NCBI GenBank assembly: GCA_964016885.1
Contig: OZ024747.1
Span: 79,112,001 to 79,176,000, forward strand
Origin: Eledone cirrhosa
Taxonomy: Eukaryota
Length of the DNA: 64,000 nucleotides
Direction of reading: 5' to 3'
A program made the translations under genes and the position numbers. The notes under the pieces are model-generated. The model was not told the origin of the DNA, ran no database searches, and worked only from the letters and a program-made list of their open reading frames with translations. How positions within the stretch are numbered: the stretch's first letter is position 1; every line of letters begins with the position of its first letter. Below, piece by piece: positions 55,071 to 64,000 of this stretch.

Positions 55071-55179
55071 TACACCAACACACCTCCCGACCCTGCGGGC
55101 ATGACCTCCTCTCTGTGTGCAATGTCCAGTTGACAGAATCTAAAAACCTGAGTTCCACGAGTCTGAGCCATTCACAAGA

Positions 55180-55338
55180 TCATAACATGTAATCAAGTTC
55201 ATAGCGAATGTATTGGTTTTTGACATCATTAGGTATTCGAGGATATGCTGGAATCATGCCATCTTGGGCACCAATATATACAGTGTTGTATACTTTCCAG
55301 TAGACATCTCGCACTTTCCGTGCTGGATGGAAGAGTCC
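55180..55338 (-). CDS. SF3B1: SF3B1 terminal coding exon ([18 protein letters not shown]...[10 protein letters not shown])
   Basis: Manual translation gives the SF3B1 C-terminus. Acceptor tttttctAG; TGA at 55182-55180. Confidence 0.96.
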   Translation of the reverse strand, partial: GLFHPARKVRDVYWKVYNTVYIGAQDGMIPAYPRIPNDVKNQYIRYELDYML

Positions 55339-55841
55339 CTAGAAAAATAGAAGAAATATTTTAATGACTATAATTTTGAAAATAACAGAATTTGTAGAGA
55401 TTTAGTTATGTAGCTAACTTTCTCACTATAAGGCTGGTGTTTGGAATAAAGTTTCTTACTAAAAATTATGATTGATATATATATATATAAACCCTTTCCT
55501 TACCATATTTCTTATGAAAAACACTGCCAATATTTTTCAAATAATTTTGAAAATAAGAATTTGGAGAGATTTAGTAATATAACCAAATTTCTTAACGCTT
55601 TATTTGTTCAAATCGGCCAAATCATGCCGAAATTATTTCCCCTTTATCCGTCCAAATCCCACCACAGACACCCACACTAAGATATTGTTCTAAAAATAAA
55701 CAATAACGTCCTCAAAATCTCATCAATTCAAGATTACTACGAGATACCACAAGATACAACACTTAATATAGTGAATCTTGAAACAACAAAGTTATTAATT
55801 TATTCCCAAGGCAAGGAATTAATCAGATATCCATATATTAC

Positions 55842-56058
55842 CTGTAGAGCATACTGGAGAATTCTCGCTGATCCCAAACCAACTCGAAGTCCTTCAATGG
55901 CTCCCATAAATGCCTGTACAACATGAGGTGATGTTTCAAAAATATTTGGCCAGACATAGTTCATTAAATGATTTAGAGCATCTTCACAGCCGAAACCATA
56001 AACTCCAAGAGACAAATGTTGAATAGCAGCCATTGCTGTTTGACGATGAACAAGATCT
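55842..56058 (-). CDS. SF3B1: SF3B1 penultimate coding exon (DLVHRQTA...[11 protein letters not shown]...LQYALQ)
   Basis: SF3B1 peptide. Acceptor ttttttcAG, donor GTAAT at 55841; frame consistent with both neighbours. Confidence 0.97.
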
Positions 56059-57006
56059 CTGAAAAAATAAAACAGCTATTTTAGTAATATGATATCTAAA
56101 CATTTTTTTCTAGCTGTTGAAACAGCAGGAGCTCAGCTATCGGGGTCCCAAATTTTTCATATTACCCACTCAACTACCCTAAGTATCCAATACTCTGGTC
56201 TAACTGGTTTTTACTGCCTCCATTCTGATATATTTTCTATAATTTTAGACAAGAACAACACAAAAACAAGTTTTTTTAAGCCATTTTTTTCTGCTAAAAC
56301 AGGGATCAGCTTTACAGGCCCCATAAGCTTTTTCAGTTTACCCTATCATTAGCATTCCCACTGACTTTCGTTTTCTCCAACATCATTTTAATGGTTTTAG
56401 ACTGTAGATGTATTCCTTGTTCAACAACCTTTCAATGTGACAACATTCTATGATTCTTTCCTCTAGGCTCCTGAGAATAAGTGTGCTTTGGTCACATTAA
56501 ACACACTTTTCCTATAAATGACTGCAAGATCTTGGTAGTTGTCCTCTTCAGTCAGTAGTACAACTATCTTAACTCCTGTATCCTCTACCAGATAAAACCA
56601 CATTAGCAAGACATTCTTGAAAAATATAAAACAGCACTATGACTGTGTCACATACAAATTAAAGTCTTTACTCTAATACTGCAAATTATCTGTCCACTAG
56701 TAAAAATACTATACTATAAATATTTGAATTAACAAATTGGTATTTAGATATTTTCAGCTAAATCATTATAGGTGGTTATGAGTTAAGCCAACAGCCACAA
56801 GGTGAAAGAATGTGCTGCATCATCATCATTGTTTTTCCGTTGACTTTTCCATGCTGAGATAGATTGAACTTTCTGAGGCAATGTTTTACAGCCAGATGTC
56901 CTACCTGACACCAACCCTTTTAATTGTTTCTTACAACATGCAGGGATATGGTGTACTAGATACACATAGCTATAATAATATAATAAATAAATATGTAAAA
57001 ACTTAC

Positions 57007-57279
57007 CTGTCCATCAAAGCATCTTCGAGTAATGATGTGACAGCATATATGTAATCTTTTGCCATTTCACCTATGTACTGGAACATGAAGGATAATGACT
57101 TGAGTACACCAATTTGGACATTCAACTCAGGAACTCTGTATTCATTCATCAGTGCAGGGAGGACAGTGAAAGGGGAGCAGGTTTCAGCTACAATAGCAAT
57201 AGCTACAGTGGTACACACACGATTCTGTCGTTCTTGGACTTTAAGATTGTTCAAGAGTGTAGCTAATACATCATGAGGG
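57007..57279 (-). CDS. SF3B1: SF3B1 internal coding exon ([34 protein letters not shown]...EDALMDR)
   Basis: Near-invariant SF3B1 peptide. Acceptor ttgttatAG, donor GTAAGT at 57006; 273 nt. Confidence 0.97.
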
Positions 57280-57795
57280 CTATAACAAAAAAAAAAAAAA
57301 AGGAAATATTAATAATAAATAAAATTTGTTATCAACACTAATAATGGTTTTATCATTACTTCTTAGATTAGTTAACTCTTTAGATTTCTAATGAAAGTTG
57401 TTACCTTGACATTTGTTTGAATGAAAAGAATTAAAGACACTTTTCCTTAACTATGATTACTGACAGTTTTTATACATGTTCTTTCTACGAATGAAGTAAG
57501 AAAAAAAATCAGAAACAAGAAGTAGTTAACCATTTTGATACCAACCTACCCATTTAAAAAATGTTCTACTTGAATTAAAATCTTCCATATAACATCTAAC
57601 GCTTTTGATTCCAAACCACCTGAAATCGCTCTAGGGCTTTATTTTTTTACAGTATTTAACTCACACTTTAAGTTGAAAATTTTATCTAAGATGTTATTTT
57701 GTAATTGATATAACTTTCTTTTTATTATGTTCAAATGCTATAATCCTAAAATGCTCTTCAGTCACAAAGATATTAAAGAAAAAAGTATGACCTAC

Positions 57796-57981
57796 CCAAT
57801 AGCCTTTGCAATATACCCAAATGTGTTCACTGTGGCTCTGCGAATTGTTTTTTTATGGGCTTTTAAGAGTTCAAGAAGTTCAAAACAGATCCTCATCCAT
57901 TCTCTTGCTGATACAAATTCTGCTCCTCGATCAGCAATTCGTCCAACTAAATCTATGCAGTTTTCTTGTACTTTCTCTTGT
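57796..57981 (-). CDS. SF3B1: SF3B1 internal coding exon (HEAT repeats; [19 protein letters not shown]...GYIAKAIG)
   Basis: Translation matches the SF3B1 C-terminal HEAT region. Acceptor tttccAG at 57982-57983, donor GTAGG at 57795. Phase-2 junction joins the next exon in frame (GG|C = Gly). Confidence 0.96.
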
Positions 57982-58005
57982 CTGGAAAGAAAACAACAAA
58001 AATGA

Positions 58006-58399
58006 ATCATCATCATCATCATCATCATCAGCGTTTAACGTCCGTGTTCCACGCTTGCATGGGTTTGGACGGGGGTAGTCCCACTTGAGGCAAGAGTGAT
58101 TGTCTTGCTCGCATAGGACTGTCTGGCAGGTTTTCTACAGTTGGATGCCCTTCCTAACACCAACCACATTTACAGTGTGGGTCTGGGAGGTTTTTACCGT
58201 GTTGCCTACACGGCCACATTACAGCGTGGACTGTGTGTTTTTTGTCGTGACACCTACACGATCTCATTTGTTTCGGCCTCGATGGCGCGGCACCAACATA
58301 ACTTTACATAGAACGGGGTGGTGTGGATCGGGTGGGGGTGGTGGGACGGGGTGTATTTGTTAGAGATGCCTACTGGCTGGAGTAGGTTTTACTATATAT
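58006..58399 (-). mobile_element. RTE-tailed SINE-like element, or 3' UTR of the adjacent RTE
   Basis: Same body motif, terminal stem-loop and (GAT)n tail as the copies at 20328-20640, 22016-22200 and 53515-53955. Directly abuts the RTE stop codon. Confidence 0.75.
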
Positions 58400-61300
58400 T
58401 TAGGTAAGGCGGGTCTTCTCTGTTACTGAGTACCGCCAAAGGTCTCGGTCCAGTGACATTGTCTTGGAGAGGTGTAAGTGTGTGATGTCGGAGTTTATCA
58501 GCTCGTCCCAGGTTTTTCTAGGTCTGCCTATTCCGTGACTACCGTCTATCTTTATTGCCCTGCACTTTGTTATACAGCTATCGACTTTCATGCGCATCAC
58601 GTGTCCATACCAACGTAGCCTTCTCTCGAGTAAACAACATCTGATCCCTCTTATCTCTAATTTATTCCTTAGTTCGTTTATGCTTTGCCGTTCACGTATA
58701 TTACTGTTACACATCCAGCGGAGCATGCAAGCTTCGTTCCTCTCTAGTCTGCGTATATCCTCTGCACACAATGCCCAGGTCTCACTGCCATGCAGCATTG
58801 CTGTTCGTATGCAGGCATCGTACAACCTGCCTTTCATTTTTAGTGAGAACCCTTTAGCAGCTAATAGTGGTATAAGCTCTCTGAACTTTTTCCAACCAGT
58901 TCTGACTCTAGCTACAGTACTTTCAGAGCACCCTCCCCCACTGCTGATTTTATCGCCCAGGTAACGGAAGCTGTCCACTATTTCTATAGAACCCTCTGCG
59001 CAATTGAAAGAGCTAGTAGTTTGTGGGCACTTGCTGCTACTTATTGCACCAGAGCACCGGCCACATGTAAAATCTATGTTCTTAGTTAGCCTACCTGTGA
59101 TCCCACTACATCTTTTATGCACCCATACTTTGCATTTAGGACATAAAATGGAGTTTCTACCTACGCCTTTCCTACACACCGAGCACGACCATTTCCCAGA
59201 AGGGACCGCCGCCTTGTTTTCTTTCCTACAAACTAGTACTTTGGTCTTAGCCAGGTTAATTTTAAGTCCTTTTGACTCTAGGCCGTGCTTCCATGTTTGG
59301 AATTTCTTCTCTAGCTCGGCCATTGATTCCGCTATGAGTGTCAGGTCGTCTGCGTATAGGAGTTCCCATGGGCAGCCTGTCTTGAACTCCTCTGTTATGG
59401 CCTGAAGGGCGATAATAAATAGTAGTGGACTGAGAACAGAGCCCTGATGGACGCCGACTTTTACGCTAAACTCTTCACTATATTCGTTGTTAATTCTAAC
59501 CTTGCTGACTGTTTCTTTATACATGGCTTGTATAGCCCTCACAAGCCATTCGTCAACGCCTAGTTTTCTAAGAGCCCACCAGATAATGGAGCGGGGGACT
59601 CTGTCGAAGGCTTTCTCCAAGTCGACAAAAGCTAAGTAGAGGGGTTTACCTTTAGCTAGGTACTTCTCTTGTAGTTGTCGTACTATGAAAAGAGCGTCTG
59701 TGGTACTTTTGCCTGACACAAACCCGAACTGCATTTCATCTAGGTCAATTCTCTCTCTGATTAGTTGCGCTATTACTCTTTCCGTGACCTTCATGACCTG
59801 GTCGATTAATTTAATGCCTCTATAGTTACTCCTATCTAGGGCGTCTCCTTTACCCTTATAACAGTTAACGATGATGCTGCTATGCCAGTCCTTCGGAACA
59901 ACCCCGTTTTGTACGACTTGGTTAACTATGCGGGTGACCATGGTGTGTCCCACCGTGCCAGATGCCTTCAGCATCTCAGCAACTATTTCCGAAGGCCCAG
60001 CCGCCTTACCAGTCTTCATATCCTTGATTGCCTTACTTATTATACTCCCCTCGACTAACACTGCTGGTCCCTCTATTGGGTCGATATGGGGGAGACTGCC
60101 TTTCTCCCAATTATTCTCCTCATTTAGAAGCCTTTCATAGTGACACTTCCAAGCTACCTTCTTATCAGCGTCGGTGATGGCAAGTGTGCCATCGTCGTTT
60201 AGTACACACTTCTCCCCGACAATATCACGGTTCTCCTTGACGCATTGCCTAGCAATCCTGAACACCTCACGTTTTTGGTCATCGCGTTGTAGAACATGCT
60301 TGAACTTTCTTTCCTCAGCTTCCCTTCTTGCTAAGTACACTTGTCTCCTAGCTTCCCTCCTGGCCACTTGATAGTCCTCTCTACTTCCCCCATCCCGCCA
60401 TACTTTCCAAGCCTGCTTTTTGGCCTTAATTGACCCCTCCACCTTACTGTTCCACCACCATGTTACTCTCCTCCTGCCTACAGGCCTGCTCCAGCCACAG
60501 ACCTCGTCTGTCGCCAACAGCAGGTTTGCTTTCAGAAATTCCCACTCTCCCTCTATATTGTCCGACTCTAAATGTTCTTCCTTACTGTCGAAAGCATCAA
60601 GTAATATGCTTTGAAATTTATTCCTGGCTGTGGGGTCCTTTAACTTCCATATTTTCCTCCTGAGGATAGTCCTCTTCTGTTGTCGAGTACGTCTCGTCCT
60701 GACTATGAGGTCGCTAATTATCAGTCTATGTTGGGAGGTGCATTCTTCATGGGGGAGGGATTTAGTGTTAACAACAGACACTCTGTCACGTCTTCTGGTA
60801 AGGATATAATCTACCTGGCTTGTGTGTTCCCCGGATCTATAGGTGATCAGGTGATTGTCACGTTTTTTGAAGTTAGTGTTACAGATAGTTAGGTTATTTG
60901 CATCACAGAATTCCAGGATTCTGGAGCCTTCCTCATTTCTAGTACCAAACCCATAGCCTCCATGGATTTCGTCGTAGCCGTCACAATGTTGTCCAACGTG
61001 ACCATTTAGGTCGCCTGCGATAATTATATAGTCACTGTCGGATATTTGGGAGGTAGTTAGCATCAGTGTCTCATAGAATCTGTCTTTTATAGTGCCGGGC
61101 AGTCCGGATTGGGGTGCGTACGCAGATATTACTGTCACCGTAGTTCTATTGAGGACAAGTCGTATTTTAATTATTCTGTCGTTCACTCTATTTACGTCTA
61201 TTATCTTATCTGCCCACTTTTCTGCTACCATGATTCCTACTCCACCCAGCCCATCGTCGTTTCCCACCCAGAAAAGCTTATAACAACGTTTTTTACCCTC

Positions 61301-61666
61301 AATGAACCTAGCAGACCCACCCCTCCACCTGGTCTCTTGAATACAACAAACATCGACCTCCTTACGTTCAAGCATTTCTACAACCTCGTTAGCGCGACCC
61401 TTTAGGGTGCCTACATTTATGGTACCAACTCTGAAGTTTTGGATTGCGTTTGGGGGTTGGGGGCGGTGAGGGGCGGGGGGCGATGGGGTTATGTTAGCCG
61501 TCCGCGGTCGAAACAATGAGGAGTGCTCGCATTCTCGTCCAAGGGGTGAATTTGTCTTTATCTTTGGCATTGTCGCTGAGCGTCCAGATTTTTCTCTCTC
61601 ACCTCCACTCTCCAGGATTCCGCAGTCCATCCATCCATCCATCATATATCGTATATCGAAAGGCAA
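58400..61666 (-). mobile_element. RTE-clade LINE with intact ORF (APE endonuclease + RT with PHD insert), intronic in SF3B1 in sense orientation
   Basis: 1088-aa uninterrupted ORF. APE motifs GTINV, CIQET, YAPQ, GDLNGH, DYIL. RT motifs QFGF, FVDLEKAFD, GVHQGSVLSP, YADD. C-terminal [10 protein letters not shown] and GRPRKTW typical of RTE. Confidence 0.95.
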
Positions 61667-61802
61667 CCAGGCAAGCGATAGTATAGGCCTCTGGTTTCTG
61701 ATTGGTCCGCGTACTAATACTGGTGATACGTGGGGGCTGTTTTATGATTGGTCCACGTAATAGCAATGGTGGTGTGTGGGGGTGGGAGGGAGGGGTGTTG
61801 GG

Positions 61803-62117
61803 TAGCTAGCAAGAAGGTAATGATTGAGATGGGTCTATGCATTTAACAAGCGATTAACAAAAATACAAAATTTGTTCAGTTAAATACGTCCAAAAACCTA
61901 AACGTATTTAGCACTTAATAGGAACAGAAAATGTAGTTTGTTTTAGCGATAGAATGGCTATTTGGACTTGAAATACGAAATGTGAATTGTTTTGAGAATA
62001 CGCTAGGAGAGAGAGAGAGAGAGAGATGAAATCTGTACATTACGTTTACATGATTTTCGTTCGGACAGCAGGCAAAGAAATGAAATTTGGCGAAGTGAAT
62101 TCCTATCATATATTTAT

Positions 62118-62161
<44 letters not shown>

Positions 62162-62695
62162 CGAGGGTAGGGGGCCACATGATGGCTGTGGGTGTTAGGC
62201 GTTTGACCGCCCCGTGCCTTCGAAGAAGGAAGAAGGAAAGGATTTTGCTTTTTTTGTTTTTTGAAGATACGCTAGAATTAGGGATTGGGGTTTGAAAATA
62301 CGTTAGGAATTAAGGTTTGAAAATAGCTAGCAAGAAGGTAATGATTGAGATGAAATACGTTAGGAATTAAGGTTTGAAAATAGCTAGCAAGAAGGTAATG
62401 ATTGAGATGGGTCTATGCATTTAACAAGCGATTAACAAAAATACAAAATTTGTTCAGTTAAATACGTCCAAAAACCTAAACGTATTTAGCACTTAATAGG
62501 AACAGAAAATGTAGTTTGTTTTAGCGATAGAATGGCTATTTGGACTTGAAATACGAAATGTGAATTGTTTTGAGAATACGCTAGGAGAGAGAGAGAGAGA
62601 GAGATGAAATCTGTACATTACGTTTACATGATTTTCGTTCGGACAGCAGGCAAAGAAATGAAATTTGGCGAAGTGAATTCCTATCATATATTTAT

Positions 62696-62737
<42 letters not shown>

Positions 62738-63833
62738 CGAGGGTAGGGGGCCACATGATGGCTGTGGGTGTTAGGCGTTTGACCGCCCCGTGCCTTCGAA
62801 GAAGGAAGAAGGAAAGGATTTTGCTTTTTTTGTTTTTTGAAGATACGCTAGAATTAGGGATTGGGGTTTGAAAATACGTTAGGAATTAAGGTTTGAAAAT
62901 AGCTAGCAAGAAGGTAATGATTGAGATGAAATACGTTAGGAATTAAGGTTTGAAAATAGCTAGCAAGAAGGTAATGATTGAGATGGGTCTATGCATTTAA
63001 CAAGCGATTAACAAAAATACAAAATTTGTTCAGTTAAATACGTCCAAAAACCTAAACGTATTTAGCACTTAATAGGAACAGAAAATGTAGTTTGTTTTAG
63101 CGATAGAATGGCTATTTGGACTTGAAATACGAAATGTGAATTGTTTTGAGAATACGCTAGGAGAGAGAGAGAGAGAGAGATGAAATCTGTACATTACGTT
63201 TACATGATTTTCGTTCGGACAGCAGGCAAAGAAATGAAATTTGGCGAAGTGAATTCCTATCATATATTTATAGGGAGAGAGAGAGAGAGAGAGAGAGTGC
63301 GAGGGTAGGGGGCCACATGATGGCTGTGGGTGTTAGGCGTTTGACCGCCCCGTGCCTTCGAAGAAGGAAGAAGGAAAGGATTTTGCTTTTTTTGTTTTTT
63401 GAAGATACGCTAGAATTAGGGATTGGGGTTTGAAAATACGTTAGGAATTAAGGTTTGAAAATAGCTAGCAAGAAGGTAATGATTGAGATGAAATACGTTA
63501 GGAATTAAGGTTTGAAAATAGCTAGCAAGAAGGTAATGATTGAGATGGGTCTATGCATTTAACAAGCGATTAACAAAAATACAAAATTTGTTCAGTTAAA
63601 TACGTCCAAAAACCTAAACGTATTTAGCACTTAATAGGAACAGAAAATGTAGTTTGTTTTAGCGATAGAATGGCTATTTGGACTTGAAATACGAAATGTG
63701 AATTGTTTTGAGAATACGCTAGGAGAGAGAGAGAGAGAGAGATGAAATCTGTACATTACGTTTACATGATTTTCGTTCGGACAGCAGGCAAAGAAATGAA
63801 ATTTGGCGAAGTGAATTCCTATCATATATTTAT

Positions 63834-63877
<44 letters not shown>

Positions 63878-64000
63878 CGAGGGTAGGGGGCCACATGATG
63901 GCTGTGGGTGTTAGGCGTTTGACCGCCCCGTGCCTTCGAAGAAGGAAGAAGGAAAGGATTTTGCTTTTTTTGTTTTTTGAAGATACGCTAGAATTAGGGA
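61803..64000. repeat. Tandem array, ~562-578-bp unit, 3.8 copies, running off the window end
   Basis: Units start at 61803, 62381, 62957 and 63519 and differ mainly in (GA)n length. Each has two (GA)n tracts; the complete units end with an internal ~57-bp duplication. Confidence 0.97.

Noticed and set aside
58590-61760. Plus-strand ORFs overlapping the LINEs (also at 27477-29258 and 34059-36385)
   Set aside because: Antisense shadows of the RTE coding frame.
61915-63894. Repeated 64-87-aa ORFs in the tandem array
   Set aside because: Products of the repeat unit and (GA)n tracts; their starts shift with microsatellite length.

Overview
AT-rich, microsatellite-dense animal genomic DNA. The SINE/LINE repertoire suggests a mollusc, most likely an octopus or other coleoid (inference). 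The only host gene I can support is the last four coding exons of splicing factor SF3B1 (minus strand, 55180-57981); its upstream exons lie beyond the window. The rest is transposon-derived: three young RTE-clade LINE copies (one with an intact APE-RT ORF, in the SF3B1 intron and preceded by a ~570-bp tandem array), one CR1-group RT fragment, Penelope-like (GIY-YIG) fragments including a 2-kb palindrome, Nin-domain tRNA SINEs, RTE-tailed SINE-like elements and several MITEs. Most notable: (1) a set of type I hammerhead ribozyme motifs in Penelope-like and short (TA)n-flanked non-coding elements, including one with a ~90-nt branched stem II, plus a separate repeat family with only half a canonical core; (2) a C4HC3 PHD finger inserted inside the RT domain of all three young RTE copies; (3) recurrent fold-back duplications at element ends; (4) substitutions at normally conserved SF3B1 residues. 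All calls were made by eye; no searches or folding computations were run.
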